64,000 bases of DNA from Octopus sinensis (Eukaryota). Each line of letters begins with the position of its first letter. Position 1 is the first letter of the stretch. The notes under the pieces are model-generated. The model worked only from the letters and a program-made list of their open reading frames with translations, was not told the DNA's origin and made no database searches. Positions 25,068 to 39,372 of this stretch are shown here, piece by piece. The position numbers and the translations under genes were made by a program. The stretch covers positions 28,210,001-28,274,000 of the forward strand of contig NC_043000.1 in NCBI RefSeq assembly GCF_006345805.1, given 5' to 3'.

Positions 25068-26901
25068 CCAGGTTGAGTCAAAATATTTTTTCGGATATTC
25101 ACTGATGATTTTTGGCCAGCTTGTATCTCCATGTTATGACAGCAACTTGTTACAACTTGTCGTCCAATCGTTGCAGAATTGGTTATTCTTTATTTTCATT
25201 CATATAAACATCGTCTGCTCATTCTTCATCTTACAACTTTAATAGTCAGTGATGAATAAATTGCAATTTCAGCCACATCGTGATACCTGTCGAAAAAGAA
25301 TTTGTAGAGCAGTGACAAAGGAAATTAATGATGAACACGACTCAGTAATTGTCAACAAACGTGTGGCACAAAACTGGTTCGGACGTTTCATGGAACCTGA
25401 CACTAGCCTCGAAAACAACAAACCAAGGACAGGGTGACCTTCTCTTGTGAAACATGCGACTATGCTTGAGATAGCTGAAAAATAGTCAAACCCAAGAACC
25501 CGTACATTGTCTGAAGAAAATGGTCTTTCGCAAAGGACCAACCATAAAGTCGACACCTCCATAAACGCGGTTTTGTAAATAGATGTTGTCCAGAAATGCC
25601 GCGTTAACTGAGCAATGACCAGGTTCAACGATGTGTGACTAGTTCTAAACAAACCCTGGCAAATTCTCGAGATACCCGTGTTTGGCGTCGAATTGTAACT
25701 GGGAATGGAAAATGGGTCCACTTTCGTAATCTTAATAAAAGAACTCAGTTGCTTCATTCTGGTCAGGCTTCAGAAACTGTTGTCAAACAAGGGCAGTTTA
25801 AACAAAAGGTCATTCTGTGTGTTTGCTTGAATTTCGAGAAAGTGTTGCACTTTGAGTTTGATTCAGATAGTCATGCTATGAACCCTAGCCTTTATGCTCA
25901 ACAACTGCAGCACATAGACGATGCTTTGAAAGCCCGCTATCCACCATTAGTCAATCGAAGACGCGATCTCATACAGCATGACAATGCCTCAGCACATTGC
26001 GAATGTGACCAAGCGAAAACGTAAGGAACTTGAGTCGCTGGAAGTTTTGCTTTACCATGTCTATACTCCAGACCTTACACCAGCAGATTCCCATACTTTC
26101 CGACCCATGGCTCAATTCCTGCCCAAAAAGGAGGTTCAACAATGTGGATGAGGTTGGAAACGGGTGCAGAGATATTGTCATCTCTAAACCAAGATAAGCC
26201 TGAAATTGCAATTCGGACAAAAGGAGGACAACATACAATAAAATATATGGAATATATTGGGTTGTCAGGAAAGTTCGTGCCAATTTTTAAAGGAAAGTAA
26301 AACGTCAATAAATACTTGCCAATACATTTTTAATCAAACAAATATGAAACATTTTGTTGCACAATGTGTCTCCATCTTTCCTTTAACTTGGAAATACCCT
26401 CTTCCCAGAAATGAGGTGGTTTCATGGCTAAGAATTCATCAAGGTATCTTTACGTCATCCAAGGAATGGACATTTTTACAATTAAGACTATTCTGCAGAG
26501 ACCTGAATAAGTGGAAATCCGAAGGAGCAATATCTGGTGGATATGGAGGATGGGGTAACACATCCCAGCCAAGCTGCAGCAATTTTTGTTTGGTTTCCAA
26601 AGCATCAAGTGCTAAAAATGAATTTTCTTATCTTCCATTTTAAAGGGTTACAGAATTAACACAGTTTATACGAACATAAACTTTCTTCCACGAAAAGATA
26701 GCTTAAACTGTGCTTTAAATGGAGGTATAGTCAAATTTTATTTTATGGACTCAACCATGTTCTAAAATAACTCGAAAGGTAAGATTTTATAAATCGGCAC
26801 GAACTTTCCGGACAACCCAATATTTTGATGAATAAACGGTTATAGTATGTAATTTGATTAATTAAAGCTTGAAATACGACAGCACTTTTTACTCAACCTG
26901 A
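25068..26901 (+). mobile_element. Decayed mariner (Tc1/mariner) transposon with a nested insertion
   Basis: TIRs CAGGTTGAGTCAAAA and TTTTACTCAACCTG with TA flanks. Transposase remnants include WFGRF, RIVTGNGKW, QHDNASAH and a frameshifted YSPDL-like segment. Confidence 0.9.
26257..26820 (-). mobile_element. Internally deleted non-autonomous mariner nested in the 25068 element
   Basis: TIRs TTGGGTTGTC(A/C)GGAAAGTTCGTGCC with TA duplication. The transposase start (MEDKK..HF) is fused to the PHPPYPPDIAPSD end. Confidence 0.9.
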
Positions 26902-27424
26902 TATATGTACGTATATGTACCTGTTTATTGTACATTTAAACATATGAATGTATCTATGCCTGAATATAATTCTACCTCAGCATTACCGTGTAAGCTGAGA
27001 TCTTGAATCTATTTTACTCTGTCCCCCTTTATATTACAGGCCTTAATTTGTTTTCTCCGCTTTGATGAAGGATATCACCCGAAACCTCAGATTTTCATCT
27101 GTTTCTTGCCTCTCCGTATCTCTATAACACAGAGATGCTCCTCCGTTCTGGACATCCCGGTGAAAAGCCTGTGCAGGTTACAAAATAAGTTCAGCGTTTG
27201 AAGTAAAGGTTAAAAAGAAAAGCAAGTCTGAAGTATGTGGTACGAGGTGTAAGCGGTTAAGATGAAATAACAATGGTTACTTTTTAGTAGGCATCGATTT
27301 TTCAACCCGATGTTTAATTTGCTCTGTTATATAGTTTAATGTGTTCTTCGTGGGAACTATGCCAACAAAGATTTAATGTCATTCGAAACAAATTGATTCA
27401 CTAAAGATGTAATTTCCTATTGGC

Positions 27425-27740
27425 CTGGCTCTCCATCTCTTGCAACGATAAGTATTCGAACTGGTCCAATAAACGGAATAGTCTACTCGTGAAATTAACA
27501 TGCAAATAGTTCAGTCCTGCACAGACACAGGTACCCATAACGTAGTTCCCAAGTGAAATTCAGCATTACAGAGATTGTGACAGCACTGACCCTTTGAATT
27601 ACAGGTACAACTAAATTTAGCCGGCTGAGTTGACTGGAGTAACTAGAAATTAAGTGTCTTCCTCAAGGACCCAATGTGGCACTGACAATCGAACTCACGA
27701 CCTTGTGATTGTAAGGCAAATACGCTAACCATTAAACCAG
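27425..27740 (-). mobile_element. tRNA/CORE-type SINE (additional family), degenerate
   Basis: Minus strand reads ..TAATGGTTAGCGTATTTGCCTTACAATCACAAGGTCGTGAGTTCGATT.. (A/B-box-like), then GTCCTTGAGGAAGACACTT. Confidence 0.65.
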
Positions 27741-27859
27741 ACACTTTTTCATTAACTGTCTTCAAATTGTCAGACCATAATCAAATGAGAGAAAATTTGA
27801 GATTCGGAGATTCCCAAAAGAATCTTGAAATACTCTCCGGCGAGTAATTAAAAGGAAAT

Positions 27860-28200
27860 TTGGCAGGATGGTCATTCACCCGCTGACATTCGTTGACACT
27901 GCACCGAAGAAACCAAAGAACAAAAGGCTGAATGATAAAGAAAAAAAACTATGCACTCAACGGCAGAGCTGAAGGCACCTCGGAAAACGGAGGGGTCCGC
28001 CACGTCGAAAACAATAAATGAGTAGGGACCGAAACCGGACGTGGTTCCTCCAGATGATATCCCTAGCCACCGGAGCCTATAAAAAAGAGCTGTTGAGGTA
28101 GCGAAAAACGAAACGGGATTGGAATTTCGCCAACTTGGTGAAATTGAAATCTCAAAAGCTGGTGTCGATCTCGGTTGCACCACTATCAAATTGTAAATAA
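27860..28200 (+). pseudogene. GC-richer, charged coding-like relic, possibly a retroelement ORF1 C-terminus
   Basis: Lys/Glu/Pro-rich frames with stops, similar in composition to 49030-49640. No diagnostic motif. Confidence 0.3.
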
Positions 28201-28344
28201 GAAATGTTTATTAAATTAATTCTTGCCTCTAATCATTGCAATGCCATTTTTTTTACATTCCAGTTTCTCCCTTTGCTGTAACTAGAGATAGATGATGCAA
28301 TCTGCGTTTTTTTCTGTTCAGCCTTCCTCTAAATATTACATATA

Positions 28345-28913
28345 TTGGGTTGTCCGGAAAGTTCGTGCCAATTTATAGAAGCTTACAATTCGACTTATTT
28401 TAGAACATGGTTGAGTCCATAAAATAGGATTTCACTACACCTCCACTTAAAGCACAGTTTAAGCTATCTTTTCGTGGAAGAAGGTTTGTGTTCGTATAAC
28501 CTGTGTTAATTCTGTAACCCTTTAAAATGGAAGATAAGAACGTTCATTTTCGGCACTTGATGCTTTGGGAACCAGACAAAAACAATTGCTGCAGCTCGAC
28601 TGGGATGTGTTACCGCATACTCCATATTCACCAGATATTGCTCCTTCGGATTTCCACTTATTCAGGTTTCTGTAGAATAGTCTTAATGGTAAAAATTTCA
28701 CTTCCTTGGATGACGTAAAAAGATACTGTGATGAATTCTTAGCCATGAAACCACCTCATTTCTGGGAAGAGGGTATTTTCAAGTCAAAGGAAAGATGGAG
28801 ATGCATTGTGCAACAAAATGGTTCATATTTGGTTGATTAAAAATGTAATGGCAATTATTTATTGACGTTTTTCTTTCCTTCAAAAATCGGCACGAACTTT
28901 CTGGACAACCCAA
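28345..28913 (+). mobile_element. Second copy of the internally deleted mariner
   Basis: Same TIRs and the same deletion junction (GCTTTGGGA|ACCAGACAAAAA) as 26257-26820, in opposite orientation, with TA flanks. Confidence 0.9.
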
Positions 28914-29287
28914 TATTTATGTGTTCAAGGGGAAACGAACGTACACTAATGCATGCATTAATGCGTCCTGAGGTACCCGTTTGTGGTCGTGTGCTTCAGC
29001 CTGTGTATTTTTTTGCATGTGTGTATGAGTGTGTCTTTGCGCGTGTATGTGTGTGATTATATGTTTGTCGTTATGAATTTAGCTCGATTCCTTCCCGGAT
29101 GTCTGTTAATTCCTTTGCCACCTACACTTTCCTAATCCTTTCATATCGAATACTTTAAGCCAAGCTGCCCTCTGTTGACATAGCTTTATACATAAGACAC
29201 GAAACTGCACGCACACCTATACATACACACACATATATATATATATACATATGTATGTATGTTTGTATGTATGTATATATATATATT

Positions 29288-29362
<75 letters not shown>

Positions 29363-29895
29363 CTATGCATGCATGCATACATACATACAAACACACTGAG
29401 AGATAATAGAGAGGAAAATAAGATGAAGACAGCGAATGATGATGGTCCAAATAAACACATTCTCAGACTGAGAGGCGAGAGTACGCATACATGAAGCGCC
29501 ACCTGGATCATAGTATATTTATTTTGCATTTCCCCTATGTTCCATCTTTAATGTCAACGTTGGTTTTTTTTCATGTCCCTCGCTATTGTTCTCTGTCTTC
29601 TTCCGCGTTGTCGTATATTTGTTTCTCTTGCAATCATTATACCCTTTTGTTGCTGTGAGATTCTTTCTCCGCTTTATCCTTTCTGTAAGCTGGTAAGCTG
29701 CATTGATACCCCGTGTATGTACGTACGTTTGCATTTATCTAGATATGCTTTAATTTATGTATTTATATATGTATCTTTATATATATGCTTCTGTCTCACT
29801 ACATAGCCACCTATTTCCCTGTTTCTACACACGTGCATACACACACCCACACACATATGTACTTAGGTGTTTTTATATAATATATGTATAGAAAC

Positions 29896-29945
<50 letters not shown>

Positions 29946-30129
29946 GTATATATATCGTTTATATATATAGATATAGATAGATAGAGAAAGAAAGAGAGAA
30001 AGAGAGACATGTATATAAATATGTATACATACATATATATGTGTGTGTGTATGTATGTATGCGTATGTATGTAAATATATATATATATATATTTATCTGT
30101 CTATAGATATGTATTTATACATATGTATA

Positions 30130-30179
30130 CATAGAGATAGATAGATAGACAGACTGATAGATAGATAGATAGACAGACT

Positions 30180-30252
<73 letters not shown>
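30130..30252. repeat. (GATA)n microsatellite
   Basis: Seen directly. Confidence 0.95.
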
Positions 30253-31346
30253 GTGTACAAAATTTATTATACTGACTATCACATATCGACTATATCTACT
30301 TATGTATTTACATAACTGTAAGCATTAACCCCGTATCAACGTCTATATATAACGATATATCTATAATCATATATATGTATATATGTACATACGTATCGCT
30401 TATACATACATACATATATATATATTATATATATATATATATATGTATGTATTTATGTATGTTTGTATGTACATTATTTAATCCACCCCTTTAAACCACC
30501 TTCGTGTTTTTATATCTCAATTCTTAGTTGCATTGTTATGTTGCTAACACATTCACCGGACATTCGTCTCCTTTACCTCGGACGATGCTATCCATCACAA
30601 CTGAAAGCAACAGCTATTTTATCTACGTTAAAACATAACAAATCGATGCTTCTTCTTACCCAACGAAATACCAGCAGCTGCTGTCATAATCCAAATCGCC
30701 CACTTTTTTCACAGATAAATTAATCGATAATTCTTAGTATTCAGGGCTTTGTTAGCAATATCTTACTGAAAGCTACAACGAAAAATGGCAGCTTTGTCAG
30801 AACTAAATAAATAGGAAGAGAAATGTTTGCCAGGTTACGAAGAAAACTCAAGTGTTCTATAAGAAAACGGATTCGATTTAGTATTTGTACTGTTCAATTG
30901 ATTGCTTGCTATCTAATATTATATATTATTTATTTTATTTAGTTATTTTTCGCCTTGTTTTTAAACATACTCTCTTTAGTTTTGTGATATCGTTATTTTA
31001 TTTATTCATTTTTTCGCCTACTCCATTCAAATCAAATTTAAACAACAAATTTTTTTTCATTTATTTAGGTAATTTTCTTTCTTAATAATATTGTTTTGTA
31101 TATTTTCAATGTCTGTGTGTTTGGTTGCTTCTTTCTTTCTTTGTTTTATACACATTCATATCTGATATCTTTCACACAAAAACTAATACTCTCTCAAAAT
31201 TTCTGGAATAATACTGAATAGCAAAGAGTCGAAAATATCATTTATATTTCGTTTTTAATAATTTTTATAAATGTTTTATCCACTTGATATAGACGTGTTG
31301 TTGACGCTGAAGTAGTAGTAGTAGTAGTAGTAGTAGCAGCAGCAGC

Positions 31347-31378
<32 letters not shown>

Positions 31379-32014
31379 CAGCAGCAGCAGTGGCGGCGGC
31401 GGCGGCACCACCTCCACCACCACTACTACTAACAACAAAAAAACACCTACACCAATACAACCGTCGATACCTATTGGGCATCACCAACATCTTCAACTTC
31501 TAGACAATGCTTCGGATACAGCCTCCGTGATGTCAGCACCATTCATTGTCGTTGTAAAAGGGGAATCAAGAATAAGAAATATCATAAATTAAATATGAAG
31601 TATATGAGTAAATGTAGCTTTCTCTTTGCCGCAAAGCAACACCACATTCAGAGAAGTATGATCTGAGTAGACCTGAGGCTCCTTTGTGCATACATACATA
31701 CATTCATTATATATAGATATATATATATAATGTATGTATATATGGGGTGGGGCCTGTGTATATGTCTTTGTAAACATGCCCGTGTATACTTTCATATATA
31801 TATTTGTATATACACACACATATATATATATTTATTTATATTTAAATATATATATATATAATATATATATATAAGTTCAGTAAAAATTTAGATTCAGTTG
31901 AATATGCCACTTATGTTAAAGGCACCAGAATTTGGTATGGTATTATCCATATAATTCAAAATGGGGTGATTATAATCAAAATAAGCAACAAGTATACCCC
32001 TTTACATATGTTGA

Positions 32015-32047
<33 letters not shown>

Positions 32048-32049
32048 AG

Positions 32050-32690
32050 AAATTAAAGTAGGAAAATACGCACACTTACATAGTTTTAATATAATTTTTA
32101 ATATATCGACCGGTTTCGCTATCGCTATTCATGATGTTATGTTTTACTTATTTGAATATATATTTTTTCTTTAAGAAGAAATTTGGTCTATGTTGTGTGT
32201 GATGACGAGGTGAATGACTTCACAAGTAGATAAATAAAGGGAGGTAATTGGTTATCGCTATTATTGTTATTGTTGTGGGTAAGGGAGATAACTGTTCAGC
32301 CTGTTCAGCTTTCCGTAATGGGTGGGGATTATATATGTGTCCAGACAGAGACAAGTTTCAAAAACCTTGTTTAGTAGGGGATTTATGTACAGTGATGTAA
32401 TCGTGAATTGAAATATGTAAAAGATAAAAGTTGGTTATGCGTGCATATTAAGACGTGTTTTGTATTTTTCAATGAAAAAAGTTTATTTATTTAAACGTTC
32501 TAGTTGAGAGATTGCGTCTTTGCACTGGTAGAAAGGAAAGACTGTGAAATTTGGTTTGATGTTACCTGCACATTTTTCTATATGTTCACGGAGAGGAAAC
32601 GGATTTGCTCTTTATGTAGGGTGGTTCTCTTTCTCAAGGTCATACTAGTTTGTCTAATATAGTGGTGTCCGCAACCCGAGTAAACCAATA
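32050..32690 (-). mobile_element. Penelope-like GIY-YIG 3' fragment, decayed
   Basis: Minus strand reads GCGHHYIRQTSMTLRKRTTLHKEQIRF / EHIEKCAGNIKPNFTVFPFYQC...TFFIEKYKTRLN, clearly homologous to ORF 2247-2705. Starts at (TA)n. Confidence 0.85.
32105..32135 (-). ncRNA. Minimal type I hammerhead ribozyme with an A3-U8 core variant
   Basis: AUC AUGAAUA GC GAUA GC GAA ACCGGU C | GAU, giving a 3-bp stem I, a 2-bp stem II, a palindromic stem III and a GUC site. Confidence 0.7.
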
Positions 32691-33644
32691 TAGTGGTGTC
32701 AGCAAACCTGCTCGATATGCTTGAGTGAATAAAAGTTCATTCGGTGATAACTTTCTACTCGTGTTTCGCTTTTATCTGCTTCTGTTGATGTAATTTAATT
32801 ATAAATATATATTTTTATGACTCCAGTTTTTATCGAAAAGTTAACAATAATGTTTTGTAGTCATCAATCCTTTGTTTGATGGGTTGTATGCATAGCAATT
32901 AGGAGTATAACATATCTAGATACCCAGAGATGATGGAATGAAGCTAATGACATATTTAGAATCAGCAATCAAAATTTACCTCAGTACAGGTCAAATATCT
33001 CAGACACCAAATTCCGTGTTCCCCAATGTAATCAGCAAAAAGCAATAGTTACCGCCAAAATATTTATTACAATTGAGATAAAGCCAAATGACTAACAGAC
33101 ATAGACCTGAGATATATGCAAATAGAACATGGGAAATGTGAAACGAATGAAAACGAAAATGGAAATAGCAAGAATGTTATGAGAACAGAAATGTTAAATA
33201 AGTTGCGGATGCAGCCAAGGCTGTGTGATTAAAATGTTTGCTTTGCAGCCATTTAGCTTTGAGTTCAATCTCCCTGCGGGGTACCTTGTCTATGTGTCTT
33301 TTAAAATAACCTCCTGTCCACCTATGCCTTGTAAGCGAATTGAGTAGACGGAAACTGCATAGAAACCCGGAAACTGCATAGGAACATACACGCATATGTA
33401 TGTGCGCACCTGTTAGTGTGCATCTTTGTCTCTCACAGCCAATGTTGGTTTGTTTGTGTTCCTACAACTCAGGGTTTGGCAAAAAGACGCCGATATATTA
33501 AGAACCGGACTTTAAAAAAACATGTAACTGTGCCCGTTTGATTAATTAAATTCTTCAAGGAAATGCTCATGCGTGGCCGCAATCGAATGACTGTGAAGAA
33601 GTTGTTTAATACAAAGATACTAACATCATGAAACATTTATATTG

Positions 33645-34470
33645 GTTTCAAATTTTGACACAAGGCCAGCAATTTCTAGGGAAAGGCCTAAGTCAGTTGT
33701 ATCAAACCCAGTGCTCGGCTAGCACTTATTTTATTAACCCCGAAAGGATAAAAGGAAAAGTCGACCCCGGCGTAATTTGAACACAGAACATGAAGACGGA
33801 CTAAATGCCGCTAGCATTTTCCACGGCGTGCTCACCATTCTGCCAGCTCGCCGTTTTATCATGCAACATTAATATGGGTTTCAAATCTTGGCACAAGGCC
33901 AGCAAATTCGGGAGTGGATGGCGGGGTGGCAAGTCGATTACATTGATCCCAGTGCTAAATTGGGACTTATTTTATCAACCCAGAAAGGATAAAAGGTAAA
34001 GTCGGCCCCGATGGAACTTGAACACAGAACGCAAGGACGGATGAAATGCCTATTTCTTTTCTAACCATTAGGGGCTAAACACAGAGAGGACAAACAAGGA
34101 CAGACAAACGGATTAAGTCGATTATATCGACCCCAGTGCGTAACTGGTACTTATTTAATCGACCCCCAAAGGATGAAAAGGCAAAGACCGCCTCGGCAGA
34201 ATTTGAACTTAGAACGTAGCGGCAGACGAAATACCTATTTCTATTTCTTTACTACACACAAGGGTCTAAACACAGAGAGGACAAAAAAGGACAGACAAAC
34301 GGATTAAGTCGATTACATCGACCCCAGTTCGTAACTGGTACTTAATTTACCGACCCCGAAAGGATGAACGGTAAAGATTACCTCGGCGGGATTTGAACTC
34401 AGGACGAAGACAGACGAAATACCGCTAGGCATTTCGCCCGGCGTGCTAGCAATTCTGCCAGCTAACCGCT
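33645..34470 (-). mobile_element. Nin-core SINE cluster: a monomer plus a multimer with its own TSD
   Basis: TTTATCATGCAACATT at 33855-33870 and 34470-34485 flanks the composite of about three bodies. Confidence 0.85.
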
Positions 34471-34639
34471 TTATCATGCAACATTGATATATGAACATCG
34501 TAAAGATGATTATTAATATGTTAAATATGTTATAAAGATTATTAAAATATTATAAATGTTATAAAGCTTATTGAAATGTTACATATGCAGTTCACTCTAT
34601 TACACGGAGTTGAAACATAGATATTAACAAAATGTTTTC

Positions 34640-34900
34640 AAATAGATTGCAAGCCTTTAAACGAGACGATTATTGAGAATATTATGATTAAAACAGAAAA
34701 GAACAGATAAAGGAATAACAATGATTAAAAAAACGAAAAGAAATGAAGGAAAATTTAAAAATTACCGAACAAAGAAAACTAAAATATTTTGGACATTTAA
34801 TTAGAAAAAGTGTTAATAAAAGGCAAAATGAATGAAAAAAGAGAAAAACAGAGAAAACAAAACAAGAGTTAAATGGATGGTTAATAACGAAAATGAAACA
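34640..34900 (+). mobile_element. Highly decayed RTE-like LINE RT C-terminal fragment
   Basis: NRLQAF...ITEQRKLKYFGHLIRK resembles the RTE-clade R(K/R)LxYFGH(I/V)xR motif. Confidence 0.5.
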
Positions 34901-36873
34901 TTTTAAAAACACGGTGAGTGTATAAGGACAGCACACGAAAGCACATGACGGCGTTTCGTAGTATTTAGCCTGGTGAGGGCAGACGATAGCTGATAATGAT
35001 TAATGGATGAGGCAGTAACTGCACATCGAAATTAAGTCGAGTATTCGATTTGACGAAAATTTATCATGCCACACACTGTCCTCATTATAACGAAATATTG
35101 TCTGAGATATTGATACTTTTTATTTTCAAAGAAAACAATAGCGTCAAAGAAATTGGTAGCGTGCTGGAAATGGCACAGTGTCTGACTCAATTTTATTTAG
35201 TATTATACTTCTACGACACGGGTTCAAATGTCCACTGACACTGGAATATATACCAGCTATGTTTACTAGAAGAAACGTTTCTCGCAAACATTAAAGGCAG
35301 TAACAATATTGACTTCAAATTTTGGCACAAGATAAGTAATTTCGAGAGAGAGGTGAGTCGATTAAATTGAACCCCGTGTCTCCACTGGTACTTTTTTTAT
35401 CAATCGCGAAAGGATGAAAGCAAAGTCGACCTCGGTATTTTCTTGCACCTTTGTAGAAATATTAAATGAAGGTGTCGAAGACTGGATTGTATCACAGTTA
35501 AAAAAGAAAACACAGCCATCTTTTATTTTTTATTTGTTTAAGTCATAAGAGACTGGCCATGTTGGTGCACCACCTTGATGAAATTTGATTCGAATGAATC
35601 CAGACCAGTACTAAATGTATTTTAAATGTGATACTTATCCTAACGGTCTCCTTTGTTGAACCTCTACCTTGTGTGTGTGCAGCAATCCTTATAGCCTACT
35701 CGATGTCGATGTATTGGTAGAACGCTGAATACTGCGCTTTTTGTATTGAGATTACCTCTCATATAGACATGGAATGCTAAGAGCACACATATATAACTAG
35801 CTGACGAAAATTTTTAGTTCTGGGCACCGGAACTGACAGATCACGTGATTTCAGCGCATTGCGCTTCCTCAGTTCATGGGAATCGTTTAGAATATGCAAA
35901 TAACCCACATAACTCGCTTGACATTCATACAGGTAAAAAGAGATAATCATCCCACTATTGTACATCCACTCATGTTATATCGTTTGAAGAAATCAATCAA
36001 TGATAATGATCAACCGGATACCCATGGGTACTACGGACTGCACTGGAATCATCCAAAAAATACGGACTATGGCCCTAAGAGTCATGCGATTTGCGGAATT
36101 GCGCGTAGCGATGCATTAGCTATTTATGAATTCCGTCCAAGGATTATTGTTAAAGATCTTTTACCTTTAATTTGTTTCAGACATAAGAGAGCGGCCATGC
36201 TGTTGCACCGCCTTGGAGAATTTTGATTCGAATGAATCCAGTCCAGTACTAAATGTATTTTTAATCTCATACTTATCCTAACGGTCTCCTTTGCCAAACC
36301 GCTACGTTACACACCAACACTGGTTGTCAAGCAGTGGTGGGGGTCAAACACAGGCACAAAGTCACCGAATATATACTGTGAAAGATCAAAACAACAATTA
36401 TTCCTGTAGAATTAGGTGCTCTTGACATAACACCCAAAGTGCTATCTGAAAAAAAAAATGAGAGAAATTGGAAGTGAAACTCGCAATGCCGACCTGAAGT
36501 AGAGTGCCATTTTTCATTCTGCAAGAATCATAAGGGAAATTATTGAGATTGTCGCCAAACATTAATTTAAAACATAAGAAATTTGTATTTTCTATTGAAC
36601 GGTGAAGTAGTAGTCCTTTCTAATATAGGCACAATGACTGGAATAATAGGTGTGAGGGTGCAGGGCTTGTCGATTTCATCAATCTCATTATATTACTGGT
36701 ACTTATTTTGACAGCCAACAAAGGCTGGAAGTCAAAGGTGACCTCGGCAGCATCTGAACTCAGAACACAAATCTGGAAAATATACCGCTAATATACTATA
36801 TGGCATGCCAACATTTCTCCCAGCGCATCGCCTTAATAATAATAATAATAATAACAGCAACAACAACAAGAAC

Positions 36874-36935
<62 letters not shown>

Positions 36936-36949
36936 TAATATTATATATT

Positions 36950-38620
36950 ATACCTTTTATATATGGATGACCTAAAACTATACGCTGCAAATGACAAACA
37001 GCTGGAAACACTATTAAAGACAGTTCATGGATTTACCAAAGAAATAGATATGAAATTTGGATTAGAAAAATGCGCCAAAGTAACCATGAAAAGAGGAAAA
37101 CTAGTTAAGAGTAACAACATCACACTAGATGAAGCAAATGAAATAAAAGAATTAGACCAAAGCCAAACTTACAAATACTTAGGAATCCATGAACAAGATA
37201 AGACACAACACACACAAATGAAAGAGAAAATAAAAAAGAATATTATAGACGAGTTAGATCAATACTAAACACAGAGCTCAATGCTAAAAACAAGATAATA
37301 GGTATCAACACTTTAGCTGTCCCAGTTATAAGTTACAGCTACAATATCCTTAACTGGACACGAAATGAACTGACCAAAATAGACAGGAAAACAAGAAAAA
37401 TAATGACAGGATCTAGGATGCATCACCCAAAATCTGACATAGAAAGACTATATATACAACGTATAGAAGGTGGTAGAGGCCTTATACAGCTGGAAAACTA
37501 CTATAAAATAACCACCATAGGACTGCAAAAATATCTACTTCAAAAGGAAGGAAAACTGATCCAGATGGCGGCAAAACACGAGCAAAACAAAAAACTGTTC
37601 TCAGTATTTAAGGAAGCTGACAAATACAAACAAGAAATCATACCACCTAATAAACATGAAGAAGAAGAAGAAGATGAAGAAACAACAAAAGCTATAAAAA
37701 AAATGAAACCCCAAACTAAAAATAGAACAGCAACGTACCATGATCAAACGATGGCAAGAAAAGCCCCTTCATGGTAAATACTGGACTAAACTAAACGCAA
37801 AAGAAATAGACAAAGAAAAATCCCAGCAATGGTTGAGAAGCTCAGGACTCAAAGCAGAAACAGAGGGATTTTTAATTGCAGCACAAGACCAAAGCCTCCC
37901 CACCAGAAATTACCAAAGACATGTAATGAAAAGAAATATTACAAGTAACTGCAGAATATGTGGAGATGGACAAGAAACAATAAATCATATTATCTCTAGC
38001 TGCCAGTCCTGGCTAAGAAGGAATATATTCACAGACATGACAGAGTTGGAACTTACATACATTGGAAGCTATGCCAACATTATGGAATAACAACTGAAAA
38101 AAGATGGTATAGGCACACACCAGAAAAGGTCACAGAAAACGAGAAAGCAACCATACTCTGGGATATGCCGATACACACAGATAGAGAAATTAAGGCCAAC
38201 AGACCAGATATAGTTGTCAGAGACCATGAAGAAAAAAATGCTTTCTAATTGATGTATCAGTACCAGCTGATGACAACGTGTCTCTAAAAGAAATGGAGAA
38301 ACTCTCAAAATACAAAGACCTGGAAATAGAGGTAACTAGAATGTGGAATCTGAAAACAGAAACAATTCCTATCATAGTAGGTGCATTAGGCATGATAAAA
38401 AAATATTCAGACAAATACATAACAAAAACACCAGGACTTACAAACACATATAACATACAGAAAATTGCACTACTAGGCACTGCACACATCCTACGCAGAA
38501 CACTTTCCATACAATAATCATCAGAGCATCACAACAAATCACAGCACATACCCAAGGCACACAGAGCTGCGCTCGGTAGTGAAGTGAAAGCACGCTATAA
38601 AAATAAAAATAAAACTACTG
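36950..38620 (+). mobile_element. 5'-truncated R4/Dong-like non-LTR retrotransposon (RT, CCHC finger, restriction-like endonuclease), frameshifted
   Basis: YMDDLKLYA and GLEKCA, then CRICGDGQETINHIISSC, RPDIVV, KLSKYKDLEIE and IPIIVGALG. It sits between (AAT)n runs at ~36833-36945 and ~38621-38700, the known target type of Dong elements. Confidence 0.9.
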
Positions 38621-39129
38621 AATAATGATAATAATAATAATGATGATGATGATGATGATGATGATAATAATAATAATAGTAATAATAATAATAACAACAA
38701 CACCTACTACTACAGCAACAAAAACAACAGCAATTATAAAACAGTGCTGGTAGCAGCTGTGAATCGATTAGTGCACATATATATCAGGGCCCCTGAATGC
38801 ACCAACAAATATGGTATCGCTGTATTGCTATAGCGCAGTAAAATCTGTCCAGATCATCTGTACAATTGAGCATATCCCACACAAATAATTAGCCGTTGCT
38901 AGCAGCAATTTTCCTCGCAAACATTTATGAACAATTAATATGCTGCATTGAATGCAGGGATTAAATGCCAATTATGGCAACAACCACCCACAACCACTAG
39001 TGAATAAATACTACATTATTTACATTTTCGACATTTTCCCATTACTTATATCCTGTTAAAAGTGTATGGCGCTGCTACTTTCCTTGCAAACATTATCCAT
39101 GTGTGCGTGTACATGTATGCACAAGCACA

Positions 39130-39157
39130 TAAACACAGACACACAAATATATATATA

Positions 39158-39196
<39 letters not shown>

Positions 39197-39316
39197 AATA
39201 TATCTATATCTATGTATGTATCGATATATGTAAGAATATAATACACATATATATATACATACATATATATATATATGCGAATATATCTATATCTATGTAT
39301 GTATCGATATGTAAGA

Positions 39317-39372
<56 letters not shown>

